The notes beneath the pieces are model-generated. The model saw only the letters and a program-made list of their open reading frames with translations, ran no database searches and was not told the DNA's origin. DNA of 64,000 nt from the NCBI GenBank assembly GCA_035572415.1, contig DATNAU010000198.1, positions 26 through 64,025 of the forward strand, in the 5' to 3' direction. The first letter of the stretch is position 1; each line of letters opens with the position of its first letter. The translations under genes and the position numbers were made by a program. This document shows positions 18,701 through 26,338 of this stretch, piece by piece. Origin of the DNA: Acidobacteriaceae bacterium (lineage in GTDB: Bacteria > Acidobacteriota > Terriglobia > Terriglobales > Acidobacteriaceae).

Positions 18701-19846
18701 CTCGACTATCGAGAGCGAGATGACGCCGGCGATAGAAACCTCGCGCTGCATCTTGACTATCGTTACAACGCAGTGCCGCTGGGCGAGGGAAGCACGCTGC
18801 AGGTGTACGTGAACGGCGCCTATGTGAGTTCGACCCCGATGCCCCACACGGACCGCGCGTCTGAAGTGTTGGAGACTGTGGTGCCTGTGCCCGTTGTCGC
18901 TCTGCGTCCCGGTGAAAACGAGTTCACGTTCCGATTTGCGTTCCGCACCGCACAGAACGCGCCGATCAACAATAACAAGCCGGGCAGCAGCAACCTGATC
19001 GGCGCGGTCTTGAGGGATTCATATCTGGACATCAGCGGCATCCCGCACTGGACCCAGTTGCCGGAACTGAGTCTCTTTGCACGCGCGGGATATCCATTCA
19101 CGCGCCGCGCGGACCTGGCCGACACCGCAGTGGTGCTGCCGGAGGCGCCGAGCATGCATGAGTTGGAGGCATTTCTCGGGCTGATGGCGGGCTTCGGTGC
19201 GCAGACCGGCCTCCCTGCGGTGAACGTGACCGTGACGGATGCGTCGGCGGTTGATGCCGGAGCGGGAAAGGACTTGCTGATCCTTGGCACGCCGGAGGAC
19301 CAGCCCGCAATCGCAAAACTTGGTTCGGCGCTGCCGGTGGGCATCGGCGTGAACGGTCTGCACGTACGAGACGCAGAAGGACTCTTCGGCGGTTTTGGGC
19401 GGGGATTCTTGCAGCGTTTGCAGCGATGGCGCGGCGGCAGGTCCGACGCACAGCGCTTTGGCGAAATCGAGACTGCGGGCGAGCTACCGGATGCGACGGT
19501 GGAGGAAGTGGACTGGCCGCGCAGGTCGGGCCGGACCGCAGTAGTGATTGCGATGCGCGACGATGCGGCCGCCGCCGCATTTTGGGATGCGTTCAAGAGC
19601 AGAGCGGAGTCGCAGATGGCGCAGTCCGTCAGCGTGCTGCGCAGCGGACGGTTCTCGTCCTACCGCCTGGGCGGCGACGAATACTGGACCGGCGCGATCT
19701 CGCCGTGGAGGCATGCGGAGTTTCTGCTGGAAGATTCGCCGTGGTTTGTGGCAATCGTTGTGGCGATTGTCTGTTTGCTGTTGGCGGTGCTGTTACAGGC
19801 GCGATTGCGCAGGCGCGCGCGCGAGCGATTGCAGGTTGCAGGGTGA
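15755..19846 (+). CDS. bcsA: fused cellulose synthase catalytic subunit BcsA (with PilZ) and periplasmic subunit BcsB
   Basis: One continuous 1363-aa ORF. GT2 motifs: VLLLDDGNR, VFDCDH, TEDVHTSL and QRARWARGM. PilZ motifs: QRRRSVR and CDISSGG. These are followed by a TM/linker, a BcsB-like periplasmic domain of about 590 aa and a C-terminal TM anchor (WFVAIVVAIVCLLLAVLL). Start is uncertain; a TTG at 15755 overlaps the upstream stop. Confidence 0.9.
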   Translation: MTRSPVWREFESGRNAPVRALRCAVVAGGGAFLCVAVFLPMAWPSQAALGVAVLLVALWAHRSSGSRLATLAVMLLSVFSTARYAVWRMFSVTAFFRDPGTHAAPVDVFCTLALLGAEFYAFVVLLLGYMQTAWPLERPPAPLPDDPDEWPAVDVLIPTLDEPLELVRYTALAALGMDWPVEKLKVLLLDDGNREEFRAFAESAGIGYLSREDHQGAKAGNINHALRETSAPLVTVFDCDHAPTRSFLQMAVGWFLRDPKLALVQTPHRFYSESPFERNLGGLRAVPGEEQLFHGAIQDGNDLWNAASFSGSCAVLRRSALDEVGGLATETVTEDVHTSLRLQKRGWNTAYINIPQAAGLATERLSDHVRQRARWARGMMQALRLENPLVGGALRWQQRLCYLNEAAYFLSALPRLIFLMAPAVYLIFGRTALPGLWAAIVAYVTPHLLLASLTHTRVYGRQRHTFWNEIYETVMAPYILLPTLIALINPRKAQFRVTAKGGVLEREFYDWRTAWPYLALLAWNCAALVCAVVRLAPARLAAVVGFKWIGAIAALMPSVQAGGSVGAVWINVAWALFNLTVLGVAAGAARESAQRRRSVRVAVAVPADVVLAGGAMMQGVTCDISSGGLRARVAEAQAREGDAIEVILPLLDGAVTLPATVVSYEGGELRARFRTLGLKEADALTTLLYSRADAWLGWGEAEEADSPLRGIGRLLRLATGAVLHMVGRGRRKEPAALLTNIAPLLAVLLLVGSGGNARAAQAGMNAGVAPTPPRQTGAAAKAPHPKVAPAVNDLALLPRPFFDSSAREHQPVQFFFLSAPSRKAIQAAAIVASWLGVESGESGLRFVVSIGTIPAGHGIVFVEDAAGIPPAMQAARISGPMVALRANPSDSASSTLLIAGNDADQLLAAASALALGAGTWQGSQQWITGFARPAPRTPDDAPRWLGTDRMATFAQARIENPGGELQGDGSQPLTATLRLPPDLDYRERDDAGDRNLALHLDYRYNAVPLGEGSTLQVYVNGAYVSSTPMPHTDRASEVLETVVPVPVVALRPGENEFTFRFAFRTAQNAPINNNKPGSSNLIGAVLRDSYLDISGIPHWTQLPELSLFARAGYPFTRRADLADTAVVLPEAPSMHELEAFLGLMAGFGAQTGLPAVNVTVTDASAVDAGAGKDLLILGTPEDQPAIAKLGSALPVGIGVNGLHVRDAEGLFGGFGRGFLQRLQRWRGGRSDAQRFGEIETAGELPDATVEEVDWPRRSGRTAVVIAMRDDAAAAAFWDAFKSRAESQMAQSVSVLRSGRFSSYRLGGDEYWTGAISPWRHAEFLLEDSPWFVAIVVAIVCLLLAVLLQARLRRRARERLQVAG
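17534..17638 (+). other. PilZ c-di-GMP-binding motifs inside BcsAB
   Basis: QRRRSVR (RxxxR, from 17534) and DISSGG (D/NxSxxG, 17621-17638), with the spacing typical of the BcsA PilZ domain. Confidence 0.75.
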
Positions 19847-20024
19847 GTCGAATTGTCCGTTGCATTGGAAGCTGGGGCCCACGAGAGCCATTCTGGGAAT
19901 AAAAGACAAGATTTCCTCAGCTCATTTGATTGCAGTACGTTCCCAGGCATTGGAACCAGCGCAGAAGGCTGTAGTCTGGCGGGAGAACCCCGGCATGGCT
20001 ACGCCTTGATGCCGGGAGGCGTAC

Positions 20025-21338
20025 GTGCGAATGGGCGAGCTTACGGGAATCCCGAGGTGGAGAGCGGCTGCGGCTGCGGTCGCGGTAATTGCCTGCGGAG
20101 GCGTCCTGCTCGCACAGACCGGACGACCTTCCGCGCCGCCGGCTCGTGCTCGTGCGGCGGCCAATAGCGCGCAGGCTTCCCAGGAGGCCGCCGCATATCA
20201 GAAACTGAATTCCGGTCAGGTGGACGACGCCGCGACGGCCTTTCAGGCCATCCTGAGCGCGCAGCCGAATGATGCAGGAGCACTGGCTGGCATGGGCCAA
20301 GTGCGCATGCTGCAAGGCAATTATCTCGGCGCCGTCAGTTTCCTGGAGCGGGCTAAGCAGGCCAGCCCGAATGACGAAACCATCTCTTCGGCGCTGGATT
20401 CGGCGCGCTTCTCCTTCCTCATGGGCGAAGGCCGCGATGCGCAACAGGCCAAGGACTCCGAAGATGCTGAGAAGCGATATCGCGAGGCGCTGGAACTGCG
20501 TCCAGACGCGCGCCAGGCGGTGGATGCGCTGGTGAATGTGCTGGTACTTGAGAACAAGCTGAACGACGCGCAGGACGCACTCTCGGCCGCGGTGGCGCGT
20601 GAGGCCTCGGCTACGGGACAGCCGCCGGCGGACCTGGAGATGCAGCTGGCGCAGCTGGATATTGCGAATAGCCAGCCGCAGCTCGCATATCCGATTTTTC
20701 TCCAGGTGTTGCAGGACAATCCGCAGCGGGTGGATGCGTGGTCCGGGCTGATCTCGTCGCTGCACCTGATGGGGCACGATGCGGATGCGCTCGCGCAGGA
20801 AAAGGTGATTCCGATAGCAGCGCGCGCGCAACTGGAGGCAACGCCGGGGTTCCAGCAAACCTTGACTGCAATGGCGATGCCGCCGGCTGCCGGTGCCGCA
20901 CAGGCCACTGCCGGCCAGCCATCGTACGCGCCCTTTGTGCCGAGCGATGTGCCCCCTGCACCGCAGGTCGCTCAGCCTGCACCTGGGACGACACCAGCCG
21001 TTGCCAGCGTGCCTGCCGCCGGCAGCGTACCGCGCAATTTGCCTGCGCCCGCTGAGCCTGTAAATGCGACCTCTGCTCGACGGGCGGCGACGCCGGTGGT
21101 GAAACCTGCTGTAACCCCGGTTCCTCAGACCGCACAGACGGCCCACGTTCACGCTGATGCGCCGCAGACGACTCCGCCTGCGCGGCGCGCGAGCAGCGGA
21201 AGCGGCGCGCCTCTGGTCACACAGCCCGCTGCTCGGCCCTCCGGCCGCGTCGAGGACGTTCCGGACACAGGCGACCAGCAGTATCCGCAGCCGAAGACGC
21301 GTCCACGGGTTCCGGCGAACAGCGGGTCGGAACAATAG
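20025..21338 (+). CDS. TPR-repeat protein resembling the N-terminal part of BcsC, with Pro/Ala-rich C-terminal half (no beta-barrel)
   Basis: Signal/anchor peptide (RWRAAAAAVAVIACGGVLLAQ). TPR-like repeats (AAYQKLNSGQVDDAATAFQAILSAQPNDAGALAGMGQVRMLQGNYLGAVSFLERAKQASPND...). The last ~170 aa are low-complexity P/A/T/Q-rich. GGGAGG lies 5 nt before the GTG at 20025; an ATG at 20031 is also possible. Confidence 0.6.
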   Translation: MRMGELTGIPRWRAAAAAVAVIACGGVLLAQTGRPSAPPARARAAANSAQASQEAAAYQKLNSGQVDDAATAFQAILSAQPNDAGALAGMGQVRMLQGNYLGAVSFLERAKQASPNDETISSALDSARFSFLMGEGRDAQQAKDSEDAEKRYREALELRPDARQAVDALVNVLVLENKLNDAQDALSAAVAREASATGQPPADLEMQLAQLDIANSQPQLAYPIFLQVLQDNPQRVDAWSGLISSLHLMGHDADALAQEKVIPIAARAQLEATPGFQQTLTAMAMPPAAGAAQATAGQPSYAPFVPSDVPPAPQVAQPAPGTTPAVASVPAAGSVPRNLPAPAEPVNATSARRAATPVVKPAVTPVPQTAQTAHVHADAPQTTPPARRASSGSGAPLVTQPAARPSGRVEDVPDTGDQQYPQPKTRPRVPANSGSEQ

Positions 21339-21357
21339 AAACTGTCGCGTTCCGTTT

Positions 21358-22062
21358 TTAGAGACCAAAGGTTTCTGCCAGCCAGTCGCGGATTGCCGCC
21401 TGCATCTCATCCAGCTTTGCGCCGGGTGAGTCCGGGGTCCCCTGGAAGAAGTGGTCTGCGCCCGCGATCAGCACACTGCGCTTCGGCTCGGCGGCGTATT
21501 GCCAGGCCGCCATCAGTGAATCAACTGGCGAGAACTCATCGCGATTGCCGGAGACGAACAGCTTGGGGCGCGTGCAGCGCGAGAGGAACTCGAAGCTGTA
21601 ATCGCGGCCAACGGCCCGCACCGGCAGACCGAGCCCGATCAGGCCTGCGACGCGCGCATCCCCACAGCACGCATCCATGCCGACGACGGACCCGAAAGAG
21701 AATCCCGCAAACAGAATGGGTCGCGCGAAGCGTGCCGTGAGCCAGTCGAGGGCGGCGCGGACGTCGTCCTTCTCGCCGCGGCCATGGTCGTGCTCGCCTT
21801 CGCTCAGGCCGACGCCGCGAAAGTTGAAGCGCAGCACTGGAACGCCGGCAGCATTCAGCGCCTTCATGGCGTGGTAGACGACCTTGTTGTGCATCGTGCC
21901 GCCGCCGGCGGGGTGGGGATGACAGACGAGCGCGGCGAACGGAGCATCGTCACGCCCGGTGTTGAGAAGGGCTTCCAGCCTGCCCGCGGGGCCACGCAGG
22001 TCGTCGACGGTGGTAACGCGCGAAGGCGCGGAGAGCTTTGGGATTTCGGAAGGCGAGGTCAT
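21358..22062 (-). CDS. alpha/beta-fold hydrolase
   Basis: 234 aa. Motifs LVCHPHPAGGGTMHNKVV, nucleophile elbow GFSFGS, and C-terminal GADHFF. Confidence 0.8.
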   Translation of the reverse strand: MTSPSEIPKLSAPSRVTTVDDLRGPAGRLEALLNTGRDDAPFAALVCHPHPAGGGTMHNKVVYHAMKALNAAGVPVLRFNFRGVGLSEGEHDHGRGEKDDVRAALDWLTARFARPILFAGFSFGSVVGMDACCGDARVAGLIGLGLPVRAVGRDYSFEFLSRCTRPKLFVSGNRDEFSPVDSLMAAWQYAAEPKRSVLIAGADHFFQGTPDSPGAKLDEMQAAIRDWLAETFGL

Positions 22063-22102
22063 GCTGATTCGAGTTTAGTGCGCCGGGTTATCCTGTAGCT
22101 TC

Positions 22103-23137
22103 ATGGCCATCGATCCTATCGACCTGACGCGGAAGCTCGTCAACATCGAGTCCATCAGCTACAACGAGGGCGCGGTGGGCGCTTTCCTCGCGGATTTGCT
22201 GTCTTCCGAGCGCTGGGCGGTCGAGCAGATGCCGGTCAAGCAGACCGGCGAGCAGCCGATCCCGAGTACAGGGACCGCGCCGCGCTTCAACGTCTACGCG
22301 GCCATGCCCGGTGAGACGCCGGATGTGGTGCTTTCCACGCACATGGACACAGTGCCTCCGTTTTTCCCGTGTACGGAAGACGATGAGTTTCTCTATGGTC
22401 GCGGCGCATGCGATGCCAAGGGAATTATCGCCGCGCAGGTGGCCGCGGCGGAGCGGCTGCGCGGTGCGGGCGTGAAGGTTGGCATGCTGTTCGTGGTCGG
22501 TGAAGAGCGCGACTCCGCCGGCGCGAAGGTTGCGAATGAGAATCCGCGCGGATCGCGGTTCCTCATCAACGGCGAGCCGACCGACAATCGCCTAGCCATC
22601 GCCACCAAAGGCGCGCTGCGCGTCGAACTGCGCGCGAAGGGGAAGATGGCGCACTCGGCGTATCCGGAGCTGGGCGAGTCGGCTATTGCGAAGCTGGTAG
22701 AGGCGCTGCACGATGTGCTCGCGATGCCGCTGCCCGTCGAGCCGGAGATTGGGCATGCGACGCTGAATATCGGGCTGATCTCCGGCGGCTACGCGCCCAA
22801 TGTGATCTCGGACAAGGCGGAGGCGCACCTGCTGATCCGCACTGTTGGGCCGTCGGAAGATTTGAAGCCGGAGATTGAGCGCGTGGTGGCGGGGCGAGCC
22901 GATGTGACGTTTTCGCTCGATCTTGCGTGCGTGCGCATGCGCCGCGTGGGATCGCTGCCCACCATGGTGGCGAAGTTCGCGACGGACATCCCGTCGCTGA
23001 CCAACTGGGGCGAGCCGTTCCTGCTGGGGCCGGGATCGATCCACGTCGCGCACACGCCACACGAGCACATCCGCAAGCAGGAACTGCTGGACTGCGTGGA
23101 TCTCTACGTCGAGCTGGCGACCAGCCTTGTGCGCTGA
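22103..23137 (+). CDS. M20-family metallopeptidase (ArgE/DapE-like deacylase)
   Basis: Motifs STHMDTVP, GRGACDAKG, VVGEERDSAG and AHSAYPELG. Confidence 0.85.
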   Translation: MAIDPIDLTRKLVNIESISYNEGAVGAFLADLLSSERWAVEQMPVKQTGEQPIPSTGTAPRFNVYAAMPGETPDVVLSTHMDTVPPFFPCTEDDEFLYGRGACDAKGIIAAQVAAAERLRGAGVKVGMLFVVGEERDSAGAKVANENPRGSRFLINGEPTDNRLAIATKGALRVELRAKGKMAHSAYPELGESAIAKLVEALHDVLAMPLPVEPEIGHATLNIGLISGGYAPNVISDKAEAHLLIRTVGPSEDLKPEIERVVAGRADVTFSLDLACVRMRRVGSLPTMVAKFATDIPSLTNWGEPFLLGPGSIHVAHTPHEHIRKQELLDCVDLYVELATSLVR

Positions 23138-23140
23138 TTT

Positions 23141-23177
23141 GTCATTCTGAGCCGTAGGCGAAGAATCCCCGCATTTT
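23141..23177. repeat. hairpin repeat family A (GTCATTCTGAGCC-loop-GGCGAAGAATC...GCATTT)
   Basis: 36 nt identical to 35157-35192. Begins 4 nt after the M20 peptidase stop. The arms ATTCTGAGCC and GGCGAAGAAT form an imperfect stem. Confidence 0.85.
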
Positions 23178-23179
23178 AT

Positions 23180-23551
23180 TCAGCCAGAGATAACGGTAAA
23201 CGGCAGTCCTTTATTCTCTTCCGCCAGCACCACATTGTTGTCCGGGTTCTTCGGGTCATAGCGGACGGTGATCTTCGGGCTGCCGGTGGCGGCTTTCTCC
23301 GCTTCGCGGCGGCCCATGGGCACGCTGCGCACATAGCCGCCGTAGTATTCGCCGTTGAGGGTGAAGTGAAATGCGGCTTCGATCACGTCGGTCTGCGAGA
23401 ATGATTCCGACGCTTCGCCGGCGGGAACGATCTTCCAGTGGTTGATCTCGCCTTCAGTCTGCGGCCAGCTCTGAGCCGCGGCGACACGCTTCAGCCGCGC
23501 GCGTTCGCGTGCAGCGCGGCGAATCGAGTCGAGAAAGAAGATGCCGGGCAT
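23180..23551 (-). CDS. hypothetical protein (DUF3592-like by memory)
   Basis: 123 aa. WPQTEGEINHWKIV...YYGGYVRSV...ITVRYDPKNP resembles the DUF3592 pattern. Weak assignment. Confidence 0.5.
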   Translation of the reverse strand: MPGIFFLDSIRRAARERARLKRVAAAQSWPQTEGEINHWKIVPAGEASESFSQTDVIEAAFHFTLNGEYYGGYVRSVPMGRREAEKAATGSPKITVRYDPKNPDNNVVLAEENKGLPFTVISG

Positions 23552-23584
23552 CGTGGAAGTTGGATGCGCGAATGACTTCCGAGT

Positions 23585-25831
23585 CTACTTCACTGCCACC
23601 GGCTGCAGCCATGCGCCATCGCCTGCCGCGTCCCAGACGGCGAAGCGCACCCACTTCTTGCCTGTGGCGTCGAAGGGAACGCGGAAGCTCTTCGTGCCGA
23701 ACGGCAGAGTGTCGGTCAGCGGAATGATCTTGCGGTCGACGGTCGTGCCGTCACTCCAGACCAGTTCCGCGAAGTCGAGCGGGAAGGTGTACTCGATGTT
23801 GGCGGTGTAGACGCTCTTCGCACCCGAGCCTTCGACTCCCCAGCCGTGAAACAGTATTTCTCCTGTAGTCCCGAAGTAGTTGCCGTTGTGCAGGCCTTCC
23901 ACAACCGGCGCCCAGCTTTCATTCCACAGCGGCACCTTGTCCATCTTGACGTAGTTGATGGCGAGGAAAGGGTAGGTGTCGTCGTCAGGGCGCTTCATGT
24001 AGGTGTCGCCTTCGGCCAGCATGAATTTCGGCTTGGGCGCCCAGTTGCTCATCTCGTCGTTCAGGCCAAAGCAGCGGACCTCGCATAGCCGCTTCTGGCT
24101 CTGATCAACCGGTAGTGACTCCCATGAGGCGCCGATGAAGCGGTCGGAGAGAAAGAAGTCTTTGTCCTTGTACATGTCGGGAAAGAGCGCGGAGCTCTTG
24201 GTGCGCGGATGCGCGGTCCACATGATGGACTGCGTCTCATTGACGAACTTCAGCATGTCTTCAGCGGAGCCGATGTTGTACACCGTGCCATACTTCGGGT
24301 CTTCGGTTTTGTACGGCGTGCCGGCTGCGAGCTGGCGCGGATGCGTGAAGTAGATAGGCTTCGGCGTCATCAGATACCAGTGGCCGTCGAAGAAGGAGTT
24401 GACCTCTTCCTCCGGCATGACGAGGAAGTTTTTGTCGGAGAGCTTGCGCGCGCCCTCGAAGTACGCCTGCTGCTCGGGCAGCCGCTTCGGGCCGGGATCG
24501 CCCGGGTCGGAGTCGTCGTGGAAGTCGCCGAGGTAGACGACGTTGATGCCGAGGCCTTTGAAGACCGGCACCCAACTGGGTTGGAAGTCGGCGGTGCCGC
24601 GGTCACGCACCATCTCGTTGAGTTCCAGGTGGAAGTGGCCGGTGACAGTCTTGAATCCCGGGACAGGCTTGTAGGTGTCGCCGTGCGTGTAAGCGAGGAT
24701 CGCCTGCTGGGTCGCATGGCTCGGCTCCGCCGAGAGGTAATAGTAGACGGGCATGTGCTGCTCAGTGCCGGGAGGCGCGTTATACAGCGCGTAGTTCAGC
24801 ACCTGATGGCGCGAGGTCTCCTCGCGACGGTTCCAGACTGCGTCACTGACGCCCCACGGCTTGTAGCCTTCGCCGCGCTCCGGCTGCATGACACCGATGG
24901 AGAAGTTCGCGTTCGAGTCTTTACGGTAGTAGACGTAGCCGAGGTTGACCTCGTTCTCGCGCGCGAAGAAGAACTTGTGCGGCGGCGGCAGAACGCCGAG
25001 CGATCCGGCGCCGGTGTCCAGAATCTCCAGGCGGTTGCGCGCGGCGACGTTCACCGGCTGCTGGTTCACATCGCCGCCGAACTGCTGCTCCTGCCAGACC
25101 TGCGCTGTATCCTCCCAGACCAGCTTGCTGGTATCGGTGATCGGGAAGTCCTTCAGCCCGGCCTTATAGATGTAGGCGACATCTTTTGCATCGGTGGAGG
25201 CGATGGCTTCCTGCCGGAGCAGGTTCGAGCCTTTGTAGACGGTGAACTCAAGGCTCCCGTTGAACAGACCAAGCGCGAGACCGTCGAAGCTGACCGATTC
25301 GCGATCACCGTCGGTTTTCACGGCACAGGCGGACGATTTGTAACTCACCGTCGCGCGATGGATCTCGTCCTCGGTGCGGCCCGGCCCGACGAGATGGCTG
25401 GAATCGTAACCCGGCACGGCGAGCGGCGCGTCCCAGAAGACGTTCCACTTGTAGCGTTCTTCGTTTTCGGGCGTGTCCTGGTGCAGGCGCACGAGGATGT
25501 CCTTCTCGGTCTTCGACATCCTGCGGCGGCCCGTCGTGACCTGGAACTCCGGCTCCAGGTTCTTGCCGAGGGGCACCCAGGCGCCGGCGCCTTTGCGCGC
25601 GGCAAGTTCCGTCACCACGGGCTGGCCATCGCGCAGGGCGAACGAAGCCCGCAGCTCTTGGCCGCGCTCGCCGGCCCATGTGAAGGCAACTCCGCCGGGG
25701 AGTGCCTCCGCCTTGAGGCCATCCATGGACTTGTACCCGCTCATATCGCACTTTGCACCCTGGGCCCGGGCTGCGCCTGTCGCGCACAGGCCGATTGCCA
25801 ATCCGAAACATACCGCCGTCATCTTCTTCAT
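23585..25831 (-). CDS. large secreted protein of unknown function; possible metal-dependent hydrolase domain
   Basis: 748 aa. Clear signal peptide (MKKMTAVCFGLAIGLCATGAARAQGA). The central region carries His/Asp/Glu-containing motifs (TGHFHLE, GDFHDDSDP, MPEEE, WTAHPRTK, AEGDTY). No family recognised with confidence. Confidence 0.75.
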   Translation of the reverse strand: MKKMTAVCFGLAIGLCATGAARAQGAKCDMSGYKSMDGLKAEALPGGVAFTWAGERGQELRASFALRDGQPVVTELAARKGAGAWVPLGKNLEPEFQVTTGRRRMSKTEKDILVRLHQDTPENEERYKWNVFWDAPLAVPGYDSSHLVGPGRTEDEIHRATVSYKSSACAVKTDGDRESVSFDGLALGLFNGSLEFTVYKGSNLLRQEAIASTDAKDVAYIYKAGLKDFPITDTSKLVWEDTAQVWQEQQFGGDVNQQPVNVAARNRLEILDTGAGSLGVLPPPHKFFFARENEVNLGYVYYRKDSNANFSIGVMQPERGEGYKPWGVSDAVWNRREETSRHQVLNYALYNAPPGTEQHMPVYYYLSAEPSHATQQAILAYTHGDTYKPVPGFKTVTGHFHLELNEMVRDRGTADFQPSWVPVFKGLGINVVYLGDFHDDSDPGDPGPKRLPEQQAYFEGARKLSDKNFLVMPEEEVNSFFDGHWYLMTPKPIYFTHPRQLAAGTPYKTEDPKYGTVYNIGSAEDMLKFVNETQSIMWTAHPRTKSSALFPDMYKDKDFFLSDRFIGASWESLPVDQSQKRLCEVRCFGLNDEMSNWAPKPKFMLAEGDTYMKRPDDDTYPFLAINYVKMDKVPLWNESWAPVVEGLHNGNYFGTTGEILFHGWGVEGSGAKSVYTANIEYTFPLDFAELVWSDGTTVDRKIIPLTDTLPFGTKSFRVPFDATGKKWVRFAVWDAAGDGAWLQPVAVK

Positions 25832-26042
25832 CGCAGAGACTTCTCCCTGAAAAGTGGCCTAACCACTTTATCGCAAGGCCGGTCCCTCAGTTCGTTGTAG
25901 GCTCCCCGGACATCCCGTCCCCCATCGGTAACCAGGGCTTGCGCAACTTTCGTGGAAGCGCAGCGACCCACCCATTGAATGAGAATGGAGGTCGAAGGGC
26001 ATCGCGGGCGGACAGCCATATCTCGCGACCGATCGCTTCTAC

Positions 26043-26291
26043 ATGACCATATACGTGTGCTCCCAGCTCGCTGCATCGCTGTCTGCCGGTATCTCTTGCG
26101 CGCCCTCTATCCCGCGCTTTGTCGCTGACCTGTGGGTGAATGAATCCGGCCAGGACATGATTGAGTACGCGCTCGTCGCGGCCACCATCGGCCTCGGCAC
26201 TGTCGCTGGAGTCCATGGCCTGGCGTCCTCTGTCGCCAATTACCTCAGCATCGTCGACGGAAAATTCGACAGCTCGCTGCCCCACCACTAA
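26043..26291 (+). CDS. flp: Flp/Fap-family type IVb pilin (prepilin)
   Basis: ESGQDMIEYALVAATIGLGTVAGV is the Flp motif (G/xxxxEY followed by a hydrophobic helix). Start is uncertain: the ATG at 26043 gives a long leader, the GTG at 26136 a very short one. Confidence 0.7.
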   Translation: MTIYVCSQLAASLSAGISCAPSIPRFVADLWVNESGQDMIEYALVAATIGLGTVAGVHGLASSVANYLSIVDGKFDSSLPHH

Positions 26292-26338
26292 GCCCCAGGG
26301 TTGGCGCGTCCGCTCGGCATTCGTCTAACCTTGCACTG

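Noticed and set aside
24209-25900. 563-aa plus-strand ORF opposite the 748-aa secreted protein
   Set aside because: The translation is Arg/Val/Gly/Leu-rich with no signal or motifs. The minus-strand ORF has a clean signal peptide and normal composition.
25832-26135. Sigma-54-type promoter near the AAGTGGCCTAACCACTT hairpin upstream of the flp gene
   Set aside because: TGGC is present, but the downstream element lacks the conserved GC of the -12 box at the right spacing. It is just a 6-bp hairpin.
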